From NCBI GenBank assembly GCA_902761535.1, contig CACWKS010000004.1, forward strand, positions 5,357 through 69,356: a DNA stretch of 64,000 nucleotides. The letters run 5' to 3'. The notes under the pieces are model-generated. The model did no database searches. It was not told where the DNA came from and saw only the letters and a program-made list of their open reading frames with translations. Positions 50,214 to 60,189 of this stretch are shown here, piece by piece (position 1 is the first letter of the stretch; each line of letters opens with the position of its first letter). The DNA comes from an uncultured Pseudomonadota bacterium. Its GTDB lineage: Bacteria > Pseudomonadota > Alphaproteobacteria > RF32 > CAG-239. Both the position numbers and the translations under genes were made by a program.

Positions 50214-50419
50214 GTATAAAAAATTAACAACTAACAGTTTAGTTTATAATAAAAAAATTTTAAAATGCAACAAGTTTATACAATTTTTGGGTTATATTTT
50301 TTATATGTACACGTTTAAGGATAAAATTAAAACTTTTTTAGGTGATGGACAGATATAATAGATTGCTTATAGTGTCAGGAGAAGATTGAAAAAAACGTTC
50401 CTTATTTTTGCTTTATTAA

Positions 50420-50610
50420 AAAAATAATTCGAAGATGCCTTACTCCGTTCGTTTCACTCACTACGGGCATGACAGTAATAGTAAATGTCACCCCTGAGCC
50501 GAATGAAATGAGGCGAATAGGGTGTCTTCGAATTTGTCCTTCCCCTTGCAAGCAAGGGGATAAGAGGGGATAAAATACTTCGTTTTTGAATTTTTTATAA
50601 AGCCCATAAA
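50420..50610. repeat. Imperfect palindromic intergenic repeat element, copy A.
   Basis: Inverted repeat aattcgaagatgcc (50426-50439) / ggtgtcttcgaatt (50521-50534). Internal perfect hairpin tccccttg-caag-caagggga (50541-50560). Motif ggataaaatacttcg (50567-50582) is shared with copy B. Confidence 0.55.
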
Positions 50611-50622
50611 TACAAGGTGTAA

Positions 50623-51387
50623 CTATACCTTGTAAGGCATTTTTCGGTAAATCCATTCACTTATAAAATCGGGTAAAATAGAAACAAACCAGGCTCCAAG
50701 ACGCATAGGCCATGGAAAAGCAATTAGTCCGATATTTTTTTCTACACGTTTGGCAATAAGTGCGGCGGCTTTATCTGCTTCCATAAAGAAAGGCATCGGG
50801 CAGGTGTTTTTATCGGTAATTCGTGAACGTACGAATCCGGGGGCGAGTGTGGAAACGTTTATGTTGTATCTTTTATTTAAATCAATACGTAAGGCTTCGC
50901 CCCAAGCTTTAACACAGGCTTTGGTGGCAGAATATGACGGACAGGCGGGAAGACCGTGATAGCCGGCGATAGATGCGGTAATGACAATATGTTTGGGTTG
51001 TTCTGTAGGGGCATTTTTGAATATTTCGATTGCGGGAAGAACAGTATTGACAACACCACCGACATTGACAGCAAAAGTATTGCGGATGTTTTCGGGGATT
51101 TCCTGAGTGGTGGAAACACCGGCATTAGCAAAGATAAGATGTAAAGGATAAGTTTGATTGCATTGGAGAATCCATTTTTCAGTTTGAACAGCATCGGTTA
51201 CATCTAAGATTTGAGTGAAAACCTGAACTCCAAACTTGCGGCATCGTTCAGCGACATCATTTAATCTTTCGGCATTGCGACCGCAGATAAAAAGATTTTC
51301 AGCACCGTTTTGCGCATAATAAATTGCTAAAGCTTCGCCTATACCTGAAGATGCTCCAGTGATAAGAATGTTTTGGTATTTACTCAA
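50623..51387 (-). CDS. Short-chain dehydrogenase/reductase (SDR) family oxidoreductase.
   Basis: ITGASSGIGEA cofactor motif. YxxxK. Confidence 0.85.
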   Translation of the reverse strand: MSKYQNILITGASSGIGEALAIYYAQNGAENLFICGRNAERLNDVAERCRKFGVQVFTQILDVTDAVQTEKWILQCNQTYPLHLIFANAGVSTTQEIPENIRNTFAVNVGGVVNTVLPAIEIFKNAPTEQPKHIVITASIAGYHGLPACPSYSATKACVKAWGEALRIDLNKRYNINVSTLAPGFVRSRITDKNTCPMPFFMEADKAAALIAKRVEKNIGLIAFPWPMRLGAWFVSILPDFISEWIYRKMPYKV

Positions 51388-51466
51388 TTTAAATCTCCTT
51401 AAAAACTTTTTAATATTTTGGAATTAGACTATTGGTTAAATTGTTATTTGATGAAAGGATACGATA

Positions 51467-52369
51467 TTGAGTATAGCAAGTATGACCGGATTTGCAAGGG
51501 TTAACGGACAATGTGTTTTGGAAAATGAAACCGTAGATTGGTTGTGGGAAGCCAAGAGCGTTAACGGCAAAGGATTGGAAATTAAGAGCAGAATGCCTTT
51601 GGGATATGATGATTTGGGATTGGTTTTAAAAAATGAGGCGGCTAAATATTTGGTGCGTGGGAATATTTGTTTTAATTTGGAAGTTAACAGGACTGACAAT
51701 CATAAAAAAGCGGTGGTTGATGAGTTTTTTTTAGCGGAGTTGACGCAAAAAGCGATAGAATTGACAGATAAATTTAAGGGAAAACTAGTTGCACCTAATG
51801 CGGCAGAATTGTTGGGCTTAAAAGGTGTGGTTGAAATAGAAGAAAATACGCTTGGTGAAGAAGAACAAAAGATTTTAACAGAAAAAATGATTGCAGATTT
51901 TGATAAATTGTGTGCGAATCTTAAAGAAGACAGAAAAAGTGAAGGTAAAAAAATTGCGTCAGCATTGTTTGATTTGTTGAATAAAATAGAAGAATTGGTT
52001 AAGCTGATTGAAAATAAAGCAGATAGTTTGCCGGAGAAGTTGAAGCAAAAATTAAAAGAACAATTGAATAAGTACGCTAAAGAGGTGAGTGTCGATGAAG
52101 ATAAAATTGCTCAAGAGTTGGTATTATTAGTTACCAGAGCTGATATAAGAGAAGAAATTGACAGACTCAAAGCTCATATAAATGCGGCGAGAGAACTTTT
52201 AAGTAAAGATGAAGCAGTAGGGCGCAGATTAGATTTTTTATGTCAGGAGCTTAATCGTGAGGCAAATACGACTTGTTCAAAGTCGGCAGATATTGAAATT
52301 ACAAATTGGGCTATGGAATTAAAGGTATTGATAGAACAATTTAGAGAACAAGTACAAAACATTGAATAA
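51467..52369 (+). CDS. yicC: YicC-family stress-induced protein.
   Basis: MTGFARVNG N-terminus. Conserved C-terminal DUF1732-like region. Adjacent to gmk. Confidence 0.8.
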   Translation: MSIASMTGFARVNGQCVLENETVDWLWEAKSVNGKGLEIKSRMPLGYDDLGLVLKNEAAKYLVRGNICFNLEVNRTDNHKKAVVDEFFLAELTQKAIELTDKFKGKLVAPNAAELLGLKGVVEIEENTLGEEEQKILTEKMIADFDKLCANLKEDRKSEGKKIASALFDLLNKIEELVKLIENKADSLPEKLKQKLKEQLNKYAKEVSVDEDKIAQELVLLVTRADIREEIDRLKAHINAARELLSKDEAVGRRLDFLCQELNREANTTCSKSADIEITNWAMELKVLIEQFREQVQNIE

Positions 52370-52374
52370 AAGGA

Positions 52375-53049
52375 GTGAAGACAATGGATGAAATTATTGA
52401 TCGTTTGCGTAAGGTTAGAAAAGGAGCAATGTTTGTTGTAGGAGCTCCTTCCGGAACCGGTAAGGGAACGGTGATTAAAGAGATTTTGAAAAATGACAGT
52501 AATATCAAATTCTCGGTTTCGGTGACAACCAGAGCACCGCGAGTTGGCGAAGTCGAAGGTGTTGATTATTATTTTGTTACCGACGAACAATATAATGAAT
52601 TTTTGAAGCAAGATGCTTTTTATGAGTGTGTTGATTCACAATACGGATCGCGATATGGTACATTGCGTTCGGAAGTTGATAGTTTTATCAATGTGGGGCA
52701 AGACGTTATTTTTGATATGGACTGGGCCGGTGTACGTCAGCTGAGAGAAAAAGCCGGTGATGATGTTGTGGCAATATATTTGTTGCCGCCGTCAATTCGT
52801 GAGTTACGCAAAAGGCTGGAAGGACGCGGTACCGATACTCAAGAGGTTATTGACAAACGCATGGGGATAATTTTGGATAAGATCAGCCATTGGGAAGAAT
52901 TTGATTATGTTATCGTTAATGTAGATTTGCAGGAAACCGTGACTAAAATTCAAAAAATTATTTCGGGAGAAAGAATGCGCCGAGTAAGACAGGTCGGATT
53001 AAAAGGTTTTGTGCGTGAGTTGGTAAAAGAAGTAGAAGAAGAGAACTAA
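52375..53049 (+). CDS. gmk: Guanylate kinase.
   Basis: GAPSGTGKGT P-loop. GMP-binding motifs. Confidence 0.9.
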   Translation: MKTMDEIIDRLRKVRKGAMFVVGAPSGTGKGTVIKEILKNDSNIKFSVSVTTRAPRVGEVEGVDYYFVTDEQYNEFLKQDAFYECVDSQYGSRYGTLRSEVDSFINVGQDVIFDMDWAGVRQLREKAGDDVVAIYLLPPSIRELRKRLEGRGTDTQEVIDKRMGIILDKISHWEEFDYVIVNVDLQETVTKIQKIISGERMRRVRQVGLKGFVRELVKEVEEEN

Positions 53050-53621
53050 CGTTGATTTTTTACTTGTTGGCGTTGAGTCTCATTCATAGCCTTGTAGATA
53101 ATCATGGCATTGCGTTCGGCGTTGGCAACATTTAGCAGGGCGGCTTTTTTATAAAGATTAAAAGCCTCGACAAAGTCGGTGGAAACACCCACGCCTTTGG
53201 TATACATCCAAGCCAGAATCTCGATAGCCTTAGCATCACCGCTGCGAGCGCGAGTGTATATTTCATCAAGTTCAAGAGGTGTTACCTGGTTTGATTTTAC
53301 CGCAGCAATTGTTTTGAGCCATTGGTAATGTTGGGCTTTTTTTAGGGCATCAACGTCTGCAAAGTCAGATGAAAGTTTGAGTTTTTGATTATGTTCAATC
53401 GGTTTGAGATTGTTTGGCGTTGAGATAGATTTTTTTAATTCTTCGTCAGAAAGCAAGATATCAGGTAAGTGACGATTTTTTACGAAAAGCGGTAAATATC
53501 CGGAGTTATTGGAGCGGATAATATCGCGGTATATGCCGTCAAGACTTGATGCTCGGACATTAACGGGCATTAAGAGCATATCAACCAAAAGGAAGCAATA
53601 AAATATTTTTCGTAAAAACAT
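53046..53621 (-). CDS. Exported Sel1-like repeat (TPR-like) protein.
   Basis: Signal peptide. AIEILAWMYTKGVGVSTDFVEAFNLYKKAA Sel1-like repeat. Confidence 0.55.
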   Translation of the reverse strand: MFLRKIFYCFLLVDMLLMPVNVRASSLDGIYRDIIRSNNSGYLPLFVKNRHLPDILLSDEELKKSISTPNNLKPIEHNQKLKLSSDFADVDALKKAQHYQWLKTIAAVKSNQVTPLELDEIYTRARSGDAKAIEILAWMYTKGVGVSTDFVEAFNLYKKAALLNVANAERNAMIIYKAMNETQRQQVKNQR

Positions 53622-53726
53622 TGTAAAAAAGTGCCTATTTAATTAAACGTTGCAATTATAGCTACTTTAGTTTATACAGGTCTATAAAATTTTGCTCTTT
53701 ATAAACAAATAAGAAAGGATAGTGCC

Positions 53727-54644
53727 GTGAAAAAAACTTATGATTCAATAATTCAAATGGTGGGAAAAACTCCGATGTACCATTTTATGAAATTACAAAA
53801 TAAATTGAATTTGCGGGCAAGTATTTATGGGAAATGCGAATTTTATAATCCGTTGTTTTCGATAAAAGACAGAGCGGCACTGCAGATGATTAGTAAAGCT
53901 TTAGATGATAAGTCAACAGAAAATAAGGTTATCATCGAGGCAACGTCGGGTAATTTGGGCGTGGCAATGGCAGCAATTTGTGCTCAGTATGGTGTAAAGG
54001 CAATGGCCATAATGCCTGAAGATACTGCAATTGAAAAAGTTAAGATAATAAAATATTTCGGGGCTGATGTTGTTTTGACTCCCAAAGAAGACGGTATGTC
54101 GGGAGCTATTGCCAAAGCACAAATGTTGAGCAATAAATCTTCAGATGTTATTTGGTTAAAACAATTTGAAAATGAGGCTAATCCGGAGGCACATTTGTTT
54201 AATACCGCAGTAGAAATTTTAGATGATATGGGGGGTGAAATTGATGCGGTGGTTTCGGCAGTCGGCACGTCGGGGACTTTGAGCGGTATTGCAAAAGCTT
54301 TGAAAAGTTCTAATCCTGATTTGAAGATGGTAGCGGTTGAGCCTCTGTCGAGTAATGTTTTGAACGGCGGAAAAAAAGGAGCACATAAAATCAGAGGAAT
54401 CGGAGCCGGTTTTGTGCCGCCGTTTTATCAGAAAGAATTGGTTGATGAAGTAATAGATATAGAAGACGATGATGCATGGGATATGGCAAAACTGGTGGCA
54501 CAGACTGAGGGTTTGCCGATAGGCGTTTCGGCCGGTGCGGCAATGGCGGCGGCAGTGGATTTAGCTCAAAGAGAAAGTTTTTCGGGTAAAAAATTGGTAG
54601 TGATTTTGCCTGATGCAATTAACAATTATATTTCGGAATTGTAA
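53727..54644 (+). CDS. cysK: Cysteine synthase-family PLP-dependent enzyme (CysK/CysM-like).
   Basis: SIKDRAALQMI (PLP Lys). GTSGT loop. Confidence 0.75.
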   Translation: MKKTYDSIIQMVGKTPMYHFMKLQNKLNLRASIYGKCEFYNPLFSIKDRAALQMISKALDDKSTENKVIIEATSGNLGVAMAAICAQYGVKAMAIMPEDTAIEKVKIIKYFGADVVLTPKEDGMSGAIAKAQMLSNKSSDVIWLKQFENEANPEAHLFNTAVEILDDMGGEIDAVVSAVGTSGTLSGIAKALKSSNPDLKMVAVEPLSSNVLNGGKKGAHKIRGIGAGFVPPFYQKELVDEVIDIEDDDAWDMAKLVAQTEGLPIGVSAGAAMAAAVDLAQRESFSGKKLVVILPDAINNYISEL

Positions 54645-54730
54645 GACTGCGAAATGTTTAAAATTAACTTGCATTTGTGTTAAATTTCGCTTAGCCTTTG
54701 TGATAAATTGATATTAAAGATATATATGTC

Positions 54731-55837
54731 ATGAAACCTACTTCGATTTTGGGACGCTATGTCAGCCGTCAGTTGATAGTGAATTTTTTGGCGGTGTTAT
54801 TTATGATTTTGGGCGTCATATTTTTGTTTGAAATGGTGGAACGGATAAGAAGAGTGTCCGGAAGTCCGGAGTTCGGTTTGTTATTTGCTTTGCAAATGGC
54901 AATAGCAAGACTACCAAAGACAGCAGAGCAGGTTTTTCCTTTTGTGATGATGATTGCGGCAATGGTAACTTTTTGGCGTTTGGGAAAGACCAGCGAATAT
55001 GTAGTGATGAGGGCTGCCGGTGTTTCGGTATGGAATTTTTTGATGCCGGTATGTATAGTAACATTGCTGGTGGGAATTATTAATATTACGGCGATTAATC
55101 CGATTGCGGCAGGTCTGTATGATATGTATGAGACGTTGGAGCGGCGTTTGGATACCAAAGATCCGAAAGCAATGGTTTATTCAGAGCAGGGATTATGGAT
55201 AAGAGAGGCTATTGATGAAGGTAAAATAATGGTGTTGCAAGCCAAAAAAATCCAACATGAAAAAGATGGTTTGTTGCTGAGAGGGGTGGGAATAATTGAA
55301 CTTGATAATAAAGCCCAGCCGTTGAGATATATAGATGCTTTTGCCGGAGTTTTAGGAGAGGGATTTTTTAGTCTTAAAGACGTGAAAATATATAGATCGG
55401 GTAATCCGATTGAAAAATTAGGTGAAATGAATTATAAGACAGTTTTGGATTTAGATAAGATAGAGGATAGTTTTGCCGAGCCGGAAGCGATATCTTTTTG
55501 GAGTTTGCCAAAAGTAATAAGTTTTTATGATAAATCGGGATTTGCGGTACAGCGTCATCAAATGAGATTTTGGTCTTTGTTTATATCGCCGATGTTTTTA
55601 GTTATGATGGTTTTGTTGGCGGCAGTATTTGCTTTGCGTCCTTCGCACAGACGCGGAGGAGTGTTGTTTTTGATTGTAGGGGGGATAGTTGCCGGTTTTT
55701 CAACTTATTTTATGTCGCAGTTGGTATATGCCATGGGGGTAAGCGGCAGTTTACCGGTGGCTTTGGCGGTAGTTGCACCTACGATAATTACCGGCTCAAT
55801 AGCAATATCTGTTTTAATGCAATTGGAAGGCGAATAA
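54731..55837 (+). CDS. LptF/LptG-family LPS export permease (YjgP/YjgQ).
   Basis: Six-TM permease architecture with a periplasmic beta-jellyroll insert. 368 aa. Confidence 0.7.
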   Translation: MKPTSILGRYVSRQLIVNFLAVLFMILGVIFLFEMVERIRRVSGSPEFGLLFALQMAIARLPKTAEQVFPFVMMIAAMVTFWRLGKTSEYVVMRAAGVSVWNFLMPVCIVTLLVGIINITAINPIAAGLYDMYETLERRLDTKDPKAMVYSEQGLWIREAIDEGKIMVLQAKKIQHEKDGLLLRGVGIIELDNKAQPLRYIDAFAGVLGEGFFSLKDVKIYRSGNPIEKLGEMNYKTVLDLDKIEDSFAEPEAISFWSLPKVISFYDKSGFAVQRHQMRFWSLFISPMFLVMMVLLAAVFALRPSHRRGGVLFLIVGGIVAGFSTYFMSQLVYAMGVSGSLPVALAVVAPTIITGSIAISVLMQLEGE

Positions 55838-55867
55838 TATGGCTTCCGGATTTATCGTAGCCTTGTC

Positions 55868-56040
55868 GGAAAGGGCTTAAAATACTTCTTTTTTGCTTTA
55901 TTTATAAAAAATTCGAAGATGCTTAATTTGCAGATTTCATCCGTTCAGGTATGACAGGTTTTTATCGAAGCAGCTTAACTTCACTTTTTACGATCGTTTC
56001 GGGCGACAGGTTATATTATGATTTTGGTATAAGTGCGAAG
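55868..56040. repeat. Intergenic repeat element, copy B, related to 50420-50610.
   Basis: Shares ggcttaaaatacttc (55874) and aattcgaagatgctta (55910) with copy A. Also shares ccgttc and g(t/c)atgacagg. Confidence 0.5.
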
Positions 56041-56164
56041 GTTTATTTATGTTCGTTTTGAAAAATAAGAAAATGCTTGCAAAGTAAAAAAAATGTAGTA
56101 TAAGGCAAATGAAAGTTTCTTTGACACCCCTGGAGGTCAAGGAAATGTGGTTTTGATTTTATAA

Positions 56165-56461
56165 ATGAGGTTTAATATGATTACTTTTAATGCAGAAAAA
56201 AGAGAGAAAGCAGGTAAGGGGGCAGCTCGGGCTTGTCGTCGTGAGGGTCGCATTCCTGCCGTTATTTATGGCGGAAAACAAGAGCCGGTTATGGTGTCTT
56301 TGCATCCGGTAGAGTTAGAGAAAGCTTTGGACGATAAAGGCTTTTATCAATCCGATATTGAAGTTGTTGTCGATGGAAAGAAAGTTAAAGTCGTTTGCAA
56401 AGATGTTCAATTCCATCCGGTTTCCGATAAGCCTATTCATGTTGATTTTATGAGAAAATAG
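56165..56461 (+). CDS. rplY: 50S ribosomal protein L25, short single-domain form.
   Basis: N-terminal L25 domain (REKAGKGAARACRREGRIPAVIYG). Terminator hairpin at 56483-56520. Confidence 0.8.
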   Translation: MRFNMITFNAEKREKAGKGAARACRREGRIPAVIYGGKQEPVMVSLHPVELEKALDDKGFYQSDIEVVVDGKKVKVVCKDVQFHPVSDKPIHVDFMRK

Positions 56462-56534
56462 GTTTTTGATAAAGCAGTATAAAGGCAGAGGATTGCAAAA
56501 AAAGCTTCTCTGCCTTTTTTGTGAAAGTTATAAG

Positions 56535-57116
56535 ATGTTTTTGATTGTAGGTTTGGGGAATCCCGGAAAAGAATATGAAAATACTCGTCATAATGTCGGA
56601 TTTATGACAATTGATGCTTTGGCAAACGAGTACGGATTTGGGAGTTTTAAGGAAAAATTTGACGGTTTGATTGCTGAGGGAAAAATAGGCGGAGAAAAAG
56701 TTTATTTGTTAAAACCGCTTACCTTTATGAATTTGTCGGGAAATTCGGTGGTCAAAGCAGCTAATTTTTATAAAATTTTACCGGATAATATAGTGGTAAT
56801 TCATGATGATATGGATTTGCCGATAGGAAAGATAAAAGCAAAAGCCGGCGGAGGATCCGGCGGTCATAACGGGATTAAATCGATTGATGCGACAATTACT
56901 CCTCAATATAATCGGATTAGAATCGGTATCGGACGAACGATAGGAACGGCTCAAGATACAGCTGATTTTGTTCTTTCCAAATTCGGAAAAAATGAAATTA
57001 AAGAGCTGGAAGAAAATATAAATACGGTTTGTAAAACAATATCGGTGCTTTTGGAAAAAGGTATAAATGAATATTCTTCGCAGTTGGGAATGTTGACTAA
57101 AAAACAATCACAATAA
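56535..57116 (+). CDS. pth: Peptidyl-tRNA hydrolase. The ORF opens at 56466; the likely start is 56535.
   Basis: LIVGLGNPG...TRHNVGF signature. Confidence 0.88.
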   Translation: MFLIVGLGNPGKEYENTRHNVGFMTIDALANEYGFGSFKEKFDGLIAEGKIGGEKVYLLKPLTFMNLSGNSVVKAANFYKILPDNIVVIHDDMDLPIGKIKAKAGGGSGGHNGIKSIDATITPQYNRIRIGIGRTIGTAQDTADFVLSKFGKNEIKELEENINTVCKTISVLLEKGINEYSSQLGMLTKKQSQ

Positions 57117-58100
57117 AGTTTGATATGGATTTTCTTCATCAATATCAGGAATTATGCCCTGTTTTTGTAAAGGACGGCCGGAAGGAGTTTGAAAATAACC
57201 GGAAGTTATGGCGAGAACACCACCGGAAGGGAGGGGAATAAGTTTTTGAGTTGTTCCTTTGCCGAAAGTTTTTTTGCCTAAGACAGTAGCGCGGCTTTGT
57301 TCTTGGAGAGCTGCAGTCATGATTTCGGCGGCAGAGGCTGTTTGTTCATCAGTCAGAATCTCGATAGGTTTATCAGCAAATAGCTCATCTTCATCAGCAT
57401 TGTAAAAAGTTTGTTTCAGGTGGTTTTTGCCGTGGGTGGAGGCAATAATGCCGCTATTGAGGAATAAATCGGCAATTTTTATAGCTTCGCCAGCCATACC
57501 GCCTAAACAACCGCGCAAGTCGATAATTAATTTTGAAGCATCAGGATAGCGTTCAAGAGAGTTGATTAAATCTTGTTTGGTTTGTTTGTTGATGGCGATG
57601 ATTTTTATATACAAAACAGAGTTATCCAGCAGACGGTCGCTGCAATAACGTTTATTGCGTTTGACAGATCCGCCGGCCTCATCAATACCGGAATAAAATT
57701 CCGAATCGGAGTCCAGAACTTTGAGCATTGCTTGGGCTAAGGCGTCGGTTATTTGAAAACTGTTTTTGTCGGCCCGGGGCGATGATTGTATGGCAGATGA
57801 TATAATGTCGGCGGTTATTTTTCCCCAAGAAGCAACATCATTATCATCAGGTTTGGCGGCTACTTTGATAACTTTGCCTCGATAATAAAGGCTTAAACGT
57901 TTGTTGTCATCAGCTAAACGAAGATTTGAATCAACAGATTGAATGCCTTTAAGTGAGGCAATCGCCAGTTGAGAAACACTAATATCGTTAATGTATGATG
58001 ACTGAACTTGCGAATAAATATTTTGCCAGTCGGATGCTTCATCAGCAAAAGCGGGGGAAAAAAACATAATTGAAATAAAAACAAAAAGATATTTTTTCAT
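57108..58100 (-). CDS. S41-family C-terminal processing peptidase-like protein with no obvious PDZ domain.
   Basis: Signal peptide. TASAAEIM (catalytic Ser). KGTTQ (catalytic Lys). Confidence 0.7.
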   Translation of the reverse strand: MKKYLFVFISIMFFSPAFADEASDWQNIYSQVQSSYINDISVSQLAIASLKGIQSVDSNLRLADDNKRLSLYYRGKVIKVAAKPDDNDVASWGKITADIISSAIQSSPRADKNSFQITDALAQAMLKVLDSDSEFYSGIDEAGGSVKRNKRYCSDRLLDNSVLYIKIIAINKQTKQDLINSLERYPDASKLIIDLRGCLGGMAGEAIKIADLFLNSGIIASTHGKNHLKQTFYNADEDELFADKPIEILTDEQTASAAEIMTAALQEQSRATVLGKKTFGKGTTQKLIPLPSGGVLAITSGYFQTPSGRPLQKQGIIPDIDEENPYQTLL

Positions 58101-58888
58101 TTGAGTTCGGCTTGTAAGACTGTGTGATCCGATGGTTTTGGGGCTGTTCTCGGTTTTTTGTTAACATTAACGGAGATAACTTTATCAAAAGCCAATGAAT
58201 TCATCCAAAGATAATCTATGCGCATGCCTAAATCGTTTTGCAGAGCTGCGCCGGAGTAATCCCAATAAGTATAGCCGTTTTCACGCGGGTGAAGGAGGCG
58301 AAATGCGTCATAATAACCGGATAAAGCAAAAGCACGAAGTCTTTGTCTGACTTCGGGGCGAAACAGTGCGTTATTTTTGAATGTTTCGGCATCATAAACG
58401 TCAAAAGGAGTCATTATTACATTAAAATCACCACCCAGAATTAGCGGTTGTTGCAACTCTAATAATGATTGGGTATGGCGATAAAAAGCTTCCATCCAAC
58501 GCAATTTATAGTTAAATTTTTCGGTATCGTCAGGATTGTTATAAGGCGGATTGCCGTTAGGAAGGTAAATAGAAGCAACGCGGTAATTGGTATTTTCTAT
58601 GAGTATGTCTGCTTCAAGATAACGGGCATTTTCGTCCGGAAAATTCGGCAGATTTTCGAAGACCGGGTTGATTTTATGTTTGCTCAGTACAGCAACCCCG
58701 TTGTAACTTTTTTGCCCGATTATTTTTGCATTGTAGCCGATTGACTGAAGGTCGAAGAATGGAAAAGAGTTAAAATCGGTTTTGATTTCTTGCAATAAAA
58801 CTATATCAGGACTTTCCTGTTGTAAAAAAGTCGTTAAATTTTCAATTCGTGCGTTTATGGAATTTACATTGTAGGTAGCAATTTTCAT
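58097..58888 (-). CDS. Exodeoxyribonuclease III (Xth), paralog 2.
   Basis: MKIATYNVNS...LLQEIK. ExoIII-fold motifs. Confidence 0.85.
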   Translation of the reverse strand: MKIATYNVNSINARIENLTTFLQQESPDIVLLQEIKTDFNSFPFFDLQSIGYNAKIIGQKSYNGVAVLSKHKINPVFENLPNFPDENARYLEADILIENTNYRVASIYLPNGNPPYNNPDDTEKFNYKLRWMEAFYRHTQSLLELQQPLILGGDFNVIMTPFDVYDAETFKNNALFRPEVRQRLRAFALSGYYDAFRLLHPRENGYTYWDYSGAALQNDLGMRIDYLWMNSLAFDKVISVNVNKKPRTAPKPSDHTVLQAELK

Positions 58889-58944
58889 TTATTGACTCTT
58901 TTTATAAAAGTTTGATATAAAATAATTATAATAAAAATTTTAAC

Positions 58945-60114
58945 TTGGGAAGTGAAAAAATGACTTTAGCCGATTATGCTGTTCATAATGAAAAATCACG
59001 GGGCAGATTTTATGCTGACTATGATAATATTAATCGTTCGGAATTTCAACGTGATCGCGACAGAATTATTCACTCATCAGCATTTAGAAGATTAGAAGGT
59101 AAGACGCAGGTTTTTGCTTATCATGAAGGGCGGAGTTATCGGACAAGATTGACGCATAGTATTGAAGTGGCACAAATAACGCGTACTTTATGCAAAAGTT
59201 TATGCTTAAATGAAGAATTGGGAGAAGCTATAGCTTTGGCTCATGATATCGGGCATGCCCCGTTCGGACATGCCGGAGAGCGCGGATTAAATGCTTGTAT
59301 GGAGCCTTACGGAGGGTTTGATCACAATATCAATTCGTTGAAAATTATAACTGAAATTGAGACACATTATCCTAATTTCAAGGGGTTAAATCTGACTTGG
59401 GAAACACTGGAGGGGACAATTAAGCATAATGGTCCGGTGAAAAAAGTTGAATCTGCTTGGTTAAAGAAATTTGATAAATTATTTCCGATGGACTTGAAAA
59501 AATATCCATCGTTAGAGGCTCAAATAGCTTCGTTTGCCGATGATATAGCCTATAATAATCATGATATTGATGATGGTTTTCGTGCGGGTTTCTTTTCGAT
59601 AAAACAGCTTTGCGAATTAGATTTTATTGATAAAATAATATTTAAATTTGATAGAGAGAATAAAGATTGTAGTGATGATTTGCGAATCTATGCCATTACC
59701 AGAGCATTAATCAGTGAAATGATTTTTGATTTGTTGGATACAACAAAGGCAAATTTGCAGAAAAATAATATAAAATCTTTGGAGGATGTGCATCAAAATA
59801 AGTGTTTTACAGCAGAATTTTCAGAGAATATGCAATTGAAAATTAAAAAATTGCAGAATTTTTTGCTAAAGAATTTTTATACTCACAGCAATATAGCCAG
59901 AATGGATATGAAGTCACAAAAAATAGTGGAAGATTTGTTTTATGCATTTATGGAAAATGAAAAGATGCTGCCTTTAGAATTGCGAAAACAGACAGATAAG
60001 GTTACATCAAACAAAGAAAAAGCAGATATTATTTGTACATATATTGCCAATATGACAGATGCTTTTGCTACGGAAGAACACCAAAAATTATTTAATGTCA
60101 GTTATAGGTTTTGA
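58945..60114 (+). CDS. dGTP triphosphohydrolase-like HD-domain protein.
   Basis: HD motif (HDIGHAPFGH). RTRLTHSIEVAQI. Confidence 0.85.
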   Translation: MGSEKMTLADYAVHNEKSRGRFYADYDNINRSEFQRDRDRIIHSSAFRRLEGKTQVFAYHEGRSYRTRLTHSIEVAQITRTLCKSLCLNEELGEAIALAHDIGHAPFGHAGERGLNACMEPYGGFDHNINSLKIITEIETHYPNFKGLNLTWETLEGTIKHNGPVKKVESAWLKKFDKLFPMDLKKYPSLEAQIASFADDIAYNNHDIDDGFRAGFFSIKQLCELDFIDKIIFKFDRENKDCSDDLRIYAITRALISEMIFDLLDTTKANLQKNNIKSLEDVHQNKCFTAEFSENMQLKIKKLQNFLLKNFYTHSNIARMDMKSQKIVEDLFYAFMENEKMLPLELRKQTDKVTSNKEKADIICTYIANMTDAFATEEHQKLFNVSYRF

Positions 60115-60189
60115 TTTGTTAAGACATTATAAAACTTTTTTTGATATAAGGTATGTAGTGTTTTTATACAGTTTATGGAGCGATAGACC

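Noticed and set aside
50402-50656. The 84-aa minus-strand ORF.
   Set aside because: It lies entirely within the palindromic repeat element and the SDR gene terminator hairpin. It is an ORF made by the repeat sequence, not a gene.
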